Source: Candidatus Kaiserbacteria bacterium
Lineage (GTDB): Bacteria; Patescibacteriota; Minisyncoccia; Phycocordibacterales; UBA2100
DNA: 64,000 nucleotides
NCBI GenBank assembly: GCA_016217965.1
Contig: JACRFI010000015.1
Location: forward strand, 16,366-80,365
Reading direction: 5' to 3'
The notes under the pieces were generated by a model that was given only the letters and a program-made list of their open reading frames with translations, did no database searches and was not told where the DNA came from. Each line of letters opens with the position of its first letter. The first letter of the stretch is position 1. Both the position numbers and the translations under genes were made by a program. Positions 19,009 to 29,022 of the stretch are shown piece by piece.

Positions 19009-19599
19009 ATGGTGAGCATGCACTCGCGGGCACATGAATGGCTCCTGCGCCACAAGAAACGAATAGGGCTCGTGTTCATAGGGCACTCGGCAAAACGGAT
19101 AGAAGAATACTTGTTCGACTGGCTGCTATACGGTGTGGTTGTTGGGCTCTGCACTGCAACGTATGGCGCAGCGTGGGGATACTTCATAGCCTTTTTCATC
19201 ATGGCTCCGCTTTCAGCTTTGGCATGCTATGCGTACATTCGTTTCTATGATTGGGCAAAGAAGGATTGGCTTGGGTTTGAAACAATAGAGGAGTTACGCG
19301 AAAAAGAGGCATCGGCAAGCTGGCTGATGCGGTATATTCTCAGGGTCGCAAAAAAGGGTGACATCGCAATGTTCTTTGTACTATCATTTTACGGCGACCC
19401 CTTTATGACCACCGTATATTTTCGCCGCGGGTCGCATCAATATAACGGTCTATCGAAGCGGGATTGGAAGATTTTCTGGACCAGTGTTTTTGCATCGAAT
19501 GCATATTGGACATTGCGCTGGACGGTCATATTCTTGATTCTTGTTCCTCTGTGGCAACATTTTTTAAAGCCAACGTTTACTGCTGCAGGATTGTTGTAG
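19009..19599 (+). CDS. Membrane protein, unknown function
   Basis: Several hydrophobic segments and a DPFMTTVYFR motif; start is 19009 or 19018. Confidence 0.65.
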   Translation: MVSMHSRAHEWLLRHKKRIGLVFIGHSAKRIEEYLFDWLLYGVVVGLCTATYGAAWGYFIAFFIMAPLSALACYAYIRFYDWAKKDWLGFETIEELREKEASASWLMRYILRVAKKGDIAMFFVLSFYGDPFMTTVYFRRGSHQYNGLSKRDWKIFWTSVFASNAYWTLRWTVIFLILVPLWQHFLKPTFTAAGLL

Positions 19600-19717
19600 G
19601 AATCAACAGCAACGCCTGGCTCTGACGAGAGGGACCAGCTATACTTGCAGCGTGGGTTTGTTAACACCCTAGAGTACGCATCAAAGCGGTATGTTCGATG
19701 CATATAAAAATCCACGA

Positions 19718-20065
19718 ATGAAAAATGAACATGAGGCAAATGCGGTCACTTTTATACTCTTAGGAAGTGCCATTCTCGCTGTCGCTGCAAGTTTTTACCT
19801 GAATTTTTTCACGAAACAATTCGAGTATCTGGTAGAAGCCCCCTGTAACTCGACAAAAGAAGAGTGCTACGTGCGAGATTGCGACGCGGAAGAATGTCCG
19901 CCGAATGGGCTTAGCGAATATGCACTATATGCAGTACAGGCACGCCATTTTCAGGCATGCACAGATAACTCATGCACGAACGTATGCGAGGCCACAGGCC
20001 AATGCACCCCAATCCTCTGTAGTGAGCAATCTGAGGTTGAATGTAGCACCGGAGGAGTTCTTTGA
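19718..20065 (+). CDS. Membrane-anchored Cys-rich small protein
   Basis: N-terminal TM (VTFILLGSAILAVAASFYL) followed by 10 Cys in about 70 aa. Confidence 0.7.
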   Translation: MKNEHEANAVTFILLGSAILAVAASFYLNFFTKQFEYLVEAPCNSTKEECYVRDCDAEECPPNGLSEYALYAVQARHFQACTDNSCTNVCEATGQCTPILCSEQSEVECSTGGVL

Positions 20066-20074
20066 GTTACGGAT

Positions 20075-20887
20075 ATGAGTCTGATCAAATCGCTAATTGC
20101 CTCTGCTATTGATGCCTTTACAGAGCATCAGTATGATCATTTATTCACCTCTGATGAAGCAGCAGTGCAAGAGCTTTTGCGGCGCAGGCAAAATCATGCG
20201 CTAGAAAGATCTGTGCATGAATCGTTGCACAACTCCGATGAACTTTTGAAGCGCCTGGAACGGCCTACTGCTATCCTATTTAGGCAGCTTGCGAGCCCCA
20301 CCCACGAGATACTGCATTTTCTTGAGACGGCTAAGCGCCTGTCACTGCAGCCGCTCATCCTAGAATACTACGATGACAAGTTCGTGGGCGCGGGAAATCC
20401 ATACAAGCGGACACTTGGCAAACTGCCATTATTCCAGCATGTCGGCTCTGATGGCCGCGACATGGTGCGCTATGTCCGGGTAATTGATTTTAATCTGTTC
20501 ATGGGCAAAAAAATCGGAGATGTGTGTTGCATTTCTGGAAAGACCCTTGTGGAGTTCCACCACGATTTATTACAGAAGACTGCAAATATTGAACCATCAG
20601 AACTCTGTTTCAACGCCTCGCCTTGGTTTCAGGCGCACGGAAGCTCGGCGGTCCACTATTACACGCCACTCATGTCTCTTTTTGTCCGCGACGCTATTTT
20701 GTTTGAGAATTTTGAAGAAACACCCGAGCTGCTGCCTTTCATGCGTGACATTGTTATCCCAGCATACGAACACACAGAAAAACAATTCCTTCACAACCCC
20801 ATTATTGTCAGACTTATTCCGAAGCGAGATGAACAGCGGTTATACTGGTATTCGTACCCCAAGCAAATAGAGAATTTGCTACCGTAG
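20075..20887 (+). CDS. Conserved-looking soluble hypothetical protein co-transcribed with the histidine kinase
   Basis: 270 aa, no TM; 9-nt and 4-nt gaps to its neighbours. Confidence 0.7.
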   Translation: MSLIKSLIASAIDAFTEHQYDHLFTSDEAAVQELLRRRQNHALERSVHESLHNSDELLKRLERPTAILFRQLASPTHEILHFLETAKRLSLQPLILEYYDDKFVGAGNPYKRTLGKLPLFQHVGSDGRDMVRYVRVIDFNLFMGKKIGDVCCISGKTLVEFHHDLLQKTANIEPSELCFNASPWFQAHGSSAVHYYTPLMSLFVRDAILFENFEETPELLPFMRDIVIPAYEHTEKQFLHNPIIVRLIPKRDEQRLYWYSYPKQIENLLP

Positions 20888-20891
20888 ATCC

Positions 20892-22505
20892 ATGGATGTA
20901 AATACGTGTCTGGCGACGACAGAAGCATATCGCGACCTCGCGCTCTATTCCCATCTCATCCCAGCACTCGCCACATTCATTTTGGGGCTGTTTGCATATA
21001 TTCGTGCTGAACACCGTGCGATGGCGCTTTATTTTCTGGCATTTTCCACCGCATTCACGGCGTGGCTCATTGCGGATCTCGTCGTATGGACAGCGAATGA
21101 CTACAACGTTGTTGCCGCGTTTTGGGAGCCACTCGATTATATTGAAATACTATTTTTCCTCCTTCTCTTTGGGTTTATTGCCACAGACTTATTTGCAAGA
21201 GCGGCTTCGTGGCTGCGTCCTATCCTCATTCTCTGCGCACTCGTTCCTTTTTATATAACATTCACCGGCCGCGCGGTTTTAGAAATGTATCAGCCGACAT
21301 GCGAAATGGTCGGGAATGATTTTCTCGCACATTACAAAGTATGGCTTGAGACGGCGATACTTGCTGCTACTTTGATTCTGGGAATCTATAGAGCCGGGAG
21401 ACGCGGTATTCCTTTGAATGAACGGATCCGCGTAGGGCTCATCACTACCGCCGTAGTCCTTTTTATGGGAATTTTCTCGTGGTCTGAATTCATTGCCACC
21501 ACGACAGACGTGTTCGAGATAAATCTGTACGCACTTTTTACCCTTCCGATATTTGTAGCGCTCCTAACTATCGCGATTACAAGCTATGGCACGTTCAAGT
21601 TAGGGGACGCAGCGGTCAAAGCGTTGTTTTATGTATTTCTTGTCCTCGCTGCTACACAGTTTTTCTTTGCTGGTGATGTCACAGAATTCATGCTTGCAGC
21701 GATGAGTTTTGCTGTTGTATTCACGCTCGGCATCATGCTGTTCTTCACGTCCGAGCGGGAAATAAAATTGCGGCACGTCGTGGAGAAGCAGGCAACGGAG
21801 CTCGAGGCAGCAAATAAGCAGCAAGAGAGCCTCCTTCACTTCATAAGCCACGAAGTGAAGGGGTATCTCACAAAGAGCGAAGCAGGGTTTGCAGGCATTG
21901 TTGAAGGAGATTTTGGAGCAGTGCCGGAAACTCTCAAGAATATGGCAGGGTCGGCACTTGCCGATACGCGTAAAGGTGTTGCGACAGTGATGGAGATCCT
22001 TTCAGCATCCAACATGCAAAAGGGCACAGTGCAATATAAAAAAGAAGATTTTGACCTGACGGCAGCCGTTAAGGAAGAATTGTCGATACTTGAAAAAAGC
22101 GCAAAGGAACGCGGCGTGTCGCTCGTTGCTTCAATACCAGATGAGTCATTCCGGATCATGGGAGATACGCACAAAATTGCCGATCATCTTATTCGGAATC
22201 TTATCGACAACGCGATTAAATATTCTCCAAAGGGTTCTGTGCGTGTTACGTTGTCCCGCACGGACGGGCATGTGCGTTTCTCTGTGAAAGATACAGGTGT
22301 GGGCCTCTCAGAGGACGATAAGAAGACACTTTTCACCGAGGGAGGGAAAGGAAAAGATTCGCTCAAAGTGAATGTCGATTCGACAGGATACGGGCTCTAT
22401 ATTGCAAAACAGGTGGTTGAAGCGCACGGTGGCAAGATATGGGCCGAATCGGAAGGGAGGGGGAGGGGCTCTCTGTTCGTGGTCGAGTTACCTGTCAAGG
22501 AATAA
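20892..22505 (+). CDS. Multi-TM (HisKA_7TM-like) sensor histidine kinase
   Basis: Many N-terminal TMs; H-box ISHEVK, N-box NLIDNAIKYS, DTGVG, GYGLY and GGKIWAES. Confidence 0.92.
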   Translation: MDVNTCLATTEAYRDLALYSHLIPALATFILGLFAYIRAEHRAMALYFLAFSTAFTAWLIADLVVWTANDYNVVAAFWEPLDYIEILFFLLLFGFIATDLFARAASWLRPILILCALVPFYITFTGRAVLEMYQPTCEMVGNDFLAHYKVWLETAILAATLILGIYRAGRRGIPLNERIRVGLITTAVVLFMGIFSWSEFIATTTDVFEINLYALFTLPIFVALLTIAITSYGTFKLGDAAVKALFYVFLVLAATQFFFAGDVTEFMLAAMSFAVVFTLGIMLFFTSEREIKLRHVVEKQATELEAANKQQESLLHFISHEVKGYLTKSEAGFAGIVEGDFGAVPETLKNMAGSALADTRKGVATVMEILSASNMQKGTVQYKKEDFDLTAAVKEELSILEKSAKERGVSLVASIPDESFRIMGDTHKIADHLIRNLIDNAIKYSPKGSVRVTLSRTDGHVRFSVKDTGVGLSEDDKKTLFTEGGKGKDSLKVNVDSTGYGLYIAKQVVEAHGGKIWAESEGRGRGSLFVVELPVKE

Positions 22506-22526
22506 TACAGACTACTTCTATTTTTT

Positions 22527-23507
22527 ATGGGCTCGCTGGACTCATCAAGAGGGAATGACTCAAAGAATGAGCGCGATAGACTGTTGATTAATGGTATTGA
22601 GTACTCGCATGTGAAAAATCGACTCACTGGAGGTGCAATATATACAAACCAAGACAAGAGCGTCTATGTTAAAACAGGTAGACGATCCGATGTTCTGAAA
22701 GAGATGGCGATTTCTAAAGATTTGTTGAAGAGAGGTTTTCAGGTTCCTCGAATAATTGATGAAGGTGGAACTCTCCCTAGCGGGGAATGGTTCTACATCG
22801 AGGAAAGCATCGGGGACCGGATATTTGGGGATATTTTCAAAGAAGAAACAATCGCGAATGGTCAGGTAGGTGAAGACTCTCTCAATGATTTTGTCACAGT
22901 GATTGAAAATTATTGTCGGGCGCAATTTGATCCTACAAATCATTTGCCGCCAGATAGAGCAGCTCTCGATAAAATGGCTGCTCTTGACAATGTCATGATC
23001 TACAATCCGCCCTCAGAGACGACAAGGGTGGCCTTCGCAACGGCCTATGGGCAGGCGGCAGAGAAAGTGCAGCGCATACCATGGGGCTACGTACAATCCG
23101 ATCTAAATGTTTTTAATATGTTACGCGGAGGAGTTATCGACTTTGAACTTGCGGATCACGGTCCGATAGGCTACGACACTATCTCCTGCTTGTATTTTGG
23201 AAGGATGTGGCCAGCAAAACAGGTAGCGTATCATATGACCGATGATCAAATTAAGCGCTGCGTTGCAGCAATCGATGCGGAGGCAGTCAAACACGGCCTG
23301 AGTCCGTTAAGCGATCTTTCGGAAGAATTCCTCGTAATCAAGTCGATTTGGGGCACTGCCAAAAAGAAAAAGTCATCACAGGAAGACCCAGAAAAGTACA
23401 AGGATTTCTGGACGTGGCGGGTAAAAGTTCGTGATTGGTGCATCGAGCGATATCTAAAAGGGAAAAAGATAGATTCAAACTTGTTCGATGACATAGGTTC
23501 GAGTTGA
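22527..23507 (+). CDS. APH/choline-kinase-like phosphotransferase
   Basis: VYVK, FQVPRIID, Brenner-like QSDLNVFN and metal-binding IDFE. Confidence 0.75.
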   Translation: MGSLDSSRGNDSKNERDRLLINGIEYSHVKNRLTGGAIYTNQDKSVYVKTGRRSDVLKEMAISKDLLKRGFQVPRIIDEGGTLPSGEWFYIEESIGDRIFGDIFKEETIANGQVGEDSLNDFVTVIENYCRAQFDPTNHLPPDRAALDKMAALDNVMIYNPPSETTRVAFATAYGQAAEKVQRIPWGYVQSDLNVFNMLRGGVIDFELADHGPIGYDTISCLYFGRMWPAKQVAYHMTDDQIKRCVAAIDAEAVKHGLSPLSDLSEEFLVIKSIWGTAKKKKSSQEDPEKYKDFWTWRVKVRDWCIERYLKGKKIDSNLFDDIGSS

Positions 23508-23519
23508 TGATTTCCCTCC

Positions 23520-24785
23520 ATGGAACGAACTAGTATAGGTCTAGAAAATTTATTCGAAGCAGTACTTCGAACTGACACCTTACTTCCAGAAAATCTTGAG
23601 AGTAAAAGATTGCAAGTACCAGTGTACGATGCGCTGCACGTAAAAGGTAGGAATGATGCTAAAGACTTCAGGCACTTTTCTCGTAAAAGAGATGCACAGG
23701 ATGAGTATGAAGATTTTCTTGGGATGTCACGTCCGTTTTTATTGCAAGAGGTTGCAGCAAAGGATACTGAACCAGTGTTCCTTATGGACAAGTTAACGCC
23801 ACACTCTTTGTATGAAGTGATGATCATGTCTGCGTCAGTAGAACGCAAATCGAGCATTCTAGATCACGACGCAGCGACCCGGAGACTGATTTTTAATCTT
23901 ATGTCAAAATTCCCTGAGTACGCACATTCTCGCGGACTGTATCCCTATCTTGCGTTCAATTATGACCCCTTAACTCAGGACAGGGAAAGTGGACAAGCTG
24001 AAAAGCGATTCCACGCGCATCTTATAGGAAGAACATCGGACGAATTGGCTGAGATTACTGAGCATCAGCAACCATTGGGAAAGATTTCTCCGATGGTAAG
24101 GAGGCGATTAGTTGACGAAACAAGTATACTTGGATCTTTGATCGCGTTTGATTATTTTAAGGAAACTCCTTTTAGAACCATTGAGATTGCCCCTCCTTTG
24201 CAACAGAAGAATGGACCGCTTTTAGAGTTTGTGTTGAAAAAAGGCTGGGATGATTTAAGTACGCGTGAATTTGAAGCTGACTTCTGCCAAATTCACTCTG
24301 GGCTAGAGAAATTGTACGAGCTGCTTGTTAGCGGCGTGGCCGAAGGACAATCTGGCGAATGGAAGCGACCTCAGCTGCGACTGGCAACTGACTTACCATT
24401 GGAACAATCTCTTCGCGAAATGAAATGGCTGTCTCCTGAGTCGAGAAGCGCGTTTCTCCATTTCGTGAAGCACTTAAAATCTTCAATTCTTGAGAAGACA
24501 CACCTATTTCGTAATCCAAAATACAGAAACATTACGACGCACGTATATCCGCTAGCGGGGTTATGTTACTCAGTCGGTTTTTGTGAAGATAATAGTCATG
24601 TCAAGATGGTTATCAAACCCCAGATCTTTTCCGACTTTGGAGGCGCAGGTCTCGAAAAATTGAACGGCATTATTACCAGAATTCGCAGAGGGGTCGGCAC
24701 TTTTGATGACAAAGAAATGGCGGAGCGAAAGAAATTTCAGAGTGGTTTTGTTGAACGAATTGAGCAATCAATGGCAAATAAATAA
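23520..24785 (+). CDS. HIT/GalT-superfamily-like nucleotide hydrolase/transferase
   Basis: DKLTPHSLYEVMIM followed by FNYD...SGQAEKRFHAHLI, resembling the HIT N..GQ..xHxH signature. Confidence 0.55.
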   Translation: MERTSIGLENLFEAVLRTDTLLPENLESKRLQVPVYDALHVKGRNDAKDFRHFSRKRDAQDEYEDFLGMSRPFLLQEVAAKDTEPVFLMDKLTPHSLYEVMIMSASVERKSSILDHDAATRRLIFNLMSKFPEYAHSRGLYPYLAFNYDPLTQDRESGQAEKRFHAHLIGRTSDELAEITEHQQPLGKISPMVRRRLVDETSILGSLIAFDYFKETPFRTIEIAPPLQQKNGPLLEFVLKKGWDDLSTREFEADFCQIHSGLEKLYELLVSGVAEGQSGEWKRPQLRLATDLPLEQSLREMKWLSPESRSAFLHFVKHLKSSILEKTHLFRNPKYRNITTHVYPLAGLCYSVGFCEDNSHVKMVIKPQIFSDFGGAGLEKLNGIITRIRRGVGTFDDKEMAERKKFQSGFVERIEQSMANK

Positions 24786-24789
24786 GCGT

Positions 24790-25356
24790 ATGACCATTCC
24801 CCCGGTGTGTATCTTCCTCGACCTGGAATACTGCTACCCAGGCATGGGAGAGGGCGCGGGTCGTCCGACAGCGGCGGATCAGCGGCAGATCGTGCAAATA
24901 GCCGCCATTAAATACGACACCATCGAATGCAAAGAGCTTGGCGCACTCGACCTGCTCGTAAAACCGCTCTTCACACCTCGGGTGCCAATTTTTTTCGAAA
25001 AGCTGACTGGTATCTCGCAAGTTGATATTGACGCTCGTGGAATTGACCTAGTGAATGCTCTGAAACACTTGGAGCAATTTTGCGAAGGTATTTCTATCGT
25101 AACATTCAATCAAGATTGGTACGTGATCGGTCAAAACTACGGCTATCTGGAACTACCAAATCCGTTTTCGGAATTCATTCGCGTCAAAGCACTTTTGCCC
25201 GGATGGGGTGTTGATCCAGACAAGTACTCCAGTGGAACGCTCCATCAAGCCGTTGGTATAACCATGGACGGCCATGTTCATAACGCTTTACACGATGTAC
25301 GCAGTATGTCGCTCGCGGTCAGCGTGCTCAGTCGCAACCATCAAAACGATCGCTGA
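24790..25356 (+). CDS. DEDDh 3'-5' exonuclease
   Basis: ExoI FLDLEY, IVQIAA, LTGISQ, ExoII FNQD and ExoIII HNALHDV. Confidence 0.85.
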   Translation: MTIPPVCIFLDLEYCYPGMGEGAGRPTAADQRQIVQIAAIKYDTIECKELGALDLLVKPLFTPRVPIFFEKLTGISQVDIDARGIDLVNALKHLEQFCEGISIVTFNQDWYVIGQNYGYLELPNPFSEFIRVKALLPGWGVDPDKYSSGTLHQAVGITMDGHVHNALHDVRSMSLAVSVLSRNHQNDR

Positions 25357-26486
25357 TATCTGCCCGGTGGGAATATCATTCTGCGTGGGTAAGCGTTCAG
25401 GTAATGTGCGTGTTCATTAAACACGCGTTCGTCTTTGGCCCTCTGCTGCATATGGGATGAGAATTGACGCATTACTTGGGCAGTTGCCTCATCTTTGGCA
25501 TGCACGAGGAGTGGCTCCGGCAGAAGGAGACACTGATAGAGGCCTGGATAATACCGCCCATTTATGATGCGATACGAAGGCATCTGAGTAATGCAACCAT
25601 TCTCGACCCGCGTCTGAATTACATCATTTGAATTAATGTCGCCGCCGAAGCCGTAAAATGCGCATTTATCGCGCGCAAATGCCGAAGATCTGTAATCGGC
25701 GACATACGCGTCTATATCGGATGTTTTTCTCATGACTTCGTATAGGTCGTCGCCGTAAACCCTACCGAATGCTTCAGGTGTAAAGAAATGCGCGCTCATA
25801 TTGAAATGTTCCCTCGAATCCCAGAAACGTTGGCTCAATACTTCAGCCTGGCCCTTTTCGAGCAGAGAGCGGAAATCTTCCATGCGCGCCAAGAACTCAT
25901 GTTTGTCTGACGGTCTAAGCATGCGATCGTTCACAAGTGAGTTCCATGGTTCTCTATCCAGGAAGCTATCGTCAACTACCATGACCACATCGATGTCCGA
26001 GGCATCATCTCCAGATCTCACGTTAAAGAACGGGCCATAACTCATAGACCCGCCTACAACTATGCACTTCACCCTATTTCCAAACGCAACAGATAGATTT
26101 TCAATAAATTCATATCGTTCCAGGGTGGCGTTGATACTTTCCGCTAGTCCCGGCTGTCGTCCATGTGGCAGAGTTACAAGCTGATCTTGCGAGTCAATGG
26201 TTTCGGGAAGTCCAGTTCTTTCCAATATTTCAGTGATCATCTCCCTGTACTGTGCAGCATTTTTTCCAAAAACGTAATATCCCCGTTCCAAAACTGACGC
26301 TATTTCTGCCTTGGCACGTCGCTCGTGACCTGACTCCATCTCTTTTGCGCGTTGTATAGTTTTCGTTAATCGGGATTCAAAGTTTTCTGCAGTTAATTCA
26401 GTGTGCACGTCTGTACTCCGATCACTCGTGATGGTCTGTAACCTGAGAGTGCCACCTATAGGAGGAGTGGACTCTGACTCAGGCAT
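25341..26486 (-). CDS. Pol-beta-superfamily nucleotidyltransferase
   Basis: IVVGGSMSYG...DASDIDVVMVV (hGS..DxD motif); converges on and overlaps the exonuclease gene. Confidence 0.75.
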   Translation of the reverse strand: MPESESTPPIGGTLRLQTITSDRSTDVHTELTAENFESRLTKTIQRAKEMESGHERRAKAEIASVLERGYYVFGKNAAQYREMITEILERTGLPETIDSQDQLVTLPHGRQPGLAESINATLERYEFIENLSVAFGNRVKCIVVGGSMSYGPFFNVRSGDDASDIDVVMVVDDSFLDREPWNSLVNDRMLRPSDKHEFLARMEDFRSLLEKGQAEVLSQRFWDSREHFNMSAHFFTPEAFGRVYGDDLYEVMRKTSDIDAYVADYRSSAFARDKCAFYGFGGDINSNDVIQTRVENGCITQMPSYRIINGRYYPGLYQCLLLPEPLLVHAKDEATAQVMRQFSSHMQQRAKDERVFNEHAHYLNAYPRRMIFPPGRYQRSF

Positions 26487-26574
26487 AGACAATCATTGTC
26501 TAGGATGACTATTGTTTGTCAATCAGTGAGCGGGACCATTTGAGAGACGCGTACTCTCTGATAGGATATCAAAG

Positions 26575-27510
26575 ATGCAGCGGCTTTTGACAGGACTCCA
26601 ACCTTCTGGTGTATTGCACATCGGGAATTATCTCGGTGCTTTGAAGCCTTTTTCTGAAATGTATTCACAGTACGAAAGTTTCCTGATGGTCGCTGATTAC
26701 CATGCCCTGACTTCGCTTCGGGATCCTGAGGCTCTGCGGGCAAATATTCGCGACATCGTGCGAAGCTATGTTGCGGCAGGCGTTGACCCAAAAAAGGCTG
26801 TGATATTTCAGCAGTCGAGAGTCCAGGAGCATACAGAGCTTGCTTGGATATTCGAATGCCTCGTTACGGTCCCATTCCTGGAACTCTCGCACGCGTACAA
26901 AGACAAAGTGGCAAAAGGACTAGAGGCGAACGCGGGACTCTTTAACTATCCGATGCTAATGGCAGCGGACATTCTTCTTTACGATACTGATGTCGTGCCA
27001 GTCGGTGCGGACCAGAGGCAGCATTTGGAGTATGCGCGTGAGGCGGCAGCAAAATTCAACAACTCGTACGGCGATGTTTTAAAAGAACCCCAGGCAAAGA
27101 TATTGGAATCAGTTGCAGTTGTGCCTGGCACCGATGGAAAGAAAATGAGCAAGAGTTATGGAAACACAATTCCTCTGTATGAGCCGAAAGATGTTCTTGT
27201 GAAAGCGGTCATGTCCATTGTCACAGATTCGTCCGGAGAATTGCCTCAGAATGTGTACGAGATACATAAGCATTTCAAGAGCAAAAAAGAGCTTGACGCA
27301 CTGTACGAATCAAACAAGGGAAAGTATAAAGTATTGAAAGAAGCCCTTATCGATGACATTGAGAAAATTGTCGCTCCGATGAGAGAGATATACGAGAGCA
27401 TTACGGACGCGGATGTGGAGCGCATCCTTAAAGAGGGGAGTGATAGGGCGCGTGAGTATGCGGCCGCAAAGATGAAAGCGGTGCGCAGCAGCATTGGCGT
27501 CACTATATGA
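26575..27510 (+). CDS. trpS: Tryptophan--tRNA ligase
   Basis: TGLQPSGVLHIGNY, YPMLMAADIL, VPVGADQRQH and KMSKS. Confidence 0.97.
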   Translation: MQRLLTGLQPSGVLHIGNYLGALKPFSEMYSQYESFLMVADYHALTSLRDPEALRANIRDIVRSYVAAGVDPKKAVIFQQSRVQEHTELAWIFECLVTVPFLELSHAYKDKVAKGLEANAGLFNYPMLMAADILLYDTDVVPVGADQRQHLEYAREAAAKFNNSYGDVLKEPQAKILESVAVVPGTDGKKMSKSYGNTIPLYEPKDVLVKAVMSIVTDSSGELPQNVYEIHKHFKSKKELDALYESNKGKYKVLKEALIDDIEKIVAPMREIYESITDADVERILKEGSDRAREYAAAKMKAVRSSIGVTI

Positions 27511-28904
27511 AAAACAGAGTCTATATCAATCAACTGCGGGAACATATTGGTAATACCGTGATCATTGCCGGTTGGGTATCCGTTCGTCGTGATCAGGGCA
27601 AGATGGTCTTTTTTGATATACGTGACATGACGGGAACGGTGCAAACAGTAGTTCTCACAAAGAGCCCAGCGCTGGAGAGTGCGAAACAAACAAGCAGGGA
27701 ATCCGCAGTAGCTATCACGGGTATTGTGAACAAACGGCCGGAAAAGAATGTGATGGCAGGTGTGCAAAACGGAGATATAGAAGTTTCTGTCGAAAAAATC
27801 GAGATACTGGGAGCCTCCGACGCACCGCCTTTTGAAATAATAGAAGACACGTCGATGATAAGCGAAGAAGTGCGCCTCACCTACAGATACTTGGACCTCA
27901 GGAGTGAGAGGATGCAGAGAAACATACGCTCGCGCAGCGAATTTGTGCGCCTCTGCCGCGAGTATCTTTTCAATGCTATGTTCACTGAAATAGAAACACC
28001 GCTTCTTACCGAATCAACGCCCGAAGGCTCCCGCGATTTCGTCGTTCCCTCGCGCTTGCATCCGGGTTCTTTTTACGCGCTCCCGCAATCTCCGCAACAG
28101 TACAAGCAACTTTTAATGGTGGCGGGGATGGAACGATATTTCCAAATTGCTCGGGCAGTGCGAGACGAAGACTTGCGAGCCGATAGGGGGTTCGAACATT
28201 CACAAATTGACATTGAGATGTCCTTTGTCGAGCAGGAAGATGTCATGGCGCTTGTTGAGACGATGATAATCGAGGTTGCCGAAAAGATGGGGAAAGTTTT
28301 AAAGCAAAAGCCATTCCCGCGCTTTACATACGCGGAAGCGATGGAAAAATTCGGCGCGGATAAATTCGACCTAAGAGATGATGAAGAAAAATCGAAGGGA
28401 ATTCTCGCATTCGCGTGGGTGCACAGATTTCCGTTCTTTGAAAAGACGGATGGCGGTGATTGGACGTTCACTCATAACCCATTCTCAATGCCGCTCTCCG
28501 AGCACATTGATGATGTGCTAGCGGGAAAGAATACAGAGAACATCCTCACTGCCCAATACGATCTCGTATGCAACGGACATGAGACAGGCGGAGGTTCCAT
28601 CCGTTCACATCGGCCGGACATTCTGAGAGCCGTATACAAGACCATGGGGTATGACGATGCTCGGATAGAACAGAGCGTCGGCCACATGCTGGAAGCCTTC
28701 AGGTATGGCGCCCCGCCGCATGGAGGGATAGCGATCGGAATAGAGAGGATGTTGATGACCGTCATGGGGGAGAATTATTTGCGTGAAGTACAAGCGTTCC
28801 CGATGACACGCGGAGGGCAAACTGCTGTCATGAAAGCACCGAAGCCGCTGAGTGACAAACAGCTGTCCGAACTTGGGCTCGAGATAAAGAAGAAAACAAA
28901 ATGA
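27507..28904 (+). CDS. aspS: Aspartate--tRNA ligase, short form lacking the GAD insertion
   Basis: RLTYRYLDLR, STPEGSRDF, LPQSPQQYKQLLM and GAPPHGGIAIGIER. Confidence 0.95.
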   Translation: MKNRVYINQLREHIGNTVIIAGWVSVRRDQGKMVFFDIRDMTGTVQTVVLTKSPALESAKQTSRESAVAITGIVNKRPEKNVMAGVQNGDIEVSVEKIEILGASDAPPFEIIEDTSMISEEVRLTYRYLDLRSERMQRNIRSRSEFVRLCREYLFNAMFTEIETPLLTESTPEGSRDFVVPSRLHPGSFYALPQSPQQYKQLLMVAGMERYFQIARAVRDEDLRADRGFEHSQIDIEMSFVEQEDVMALVETMIIEVAEKMGKVLKQKPFPRFTYAEAMEKFGADKFDLRDDEEKSKGILAFAWVHRFPFFEKTDGGDWTFTHNPFSMPLSEHIDDVLAGKNTENILTAQYDLVCNGHETGGGSIRSHRPDILRAVYKTMGYDDARIEQSVGHMLEAFRYGAPPHGGIAIGIERMLMTVMGENYLREVQAFPMTRGGQTAVMKAPKPLSDKQLSELGLEIKKKTK

Positions 28905-29022
28905 TCCCGTTAGAAGTCGTGAGCGCGTCTATCTATCCGCGAATTCTCTGATAGACTTTTATATATGAGCAGTAGCCGAATTTGGCGTAAACCAAGTGTC
29001 TGCGTCCGATTTCTAACGGGAT
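28904..29022. repeat. Element with terminal inverted repeats filling the aspS-scpA gap
   Basis: ATCCCGTTAGAAGTCG ... CGATTTCTAACGGGAT (15/16 match). The ends overlap the aspS stop and the scpA ATG. Confidence 0.75.

Noticed and set aside
19616-19660. Hammerhead ribozyme or riboswitch (CTGACGAG core)
   Set aside because: No stem II + GAAA or other required conserved elements follow the core.
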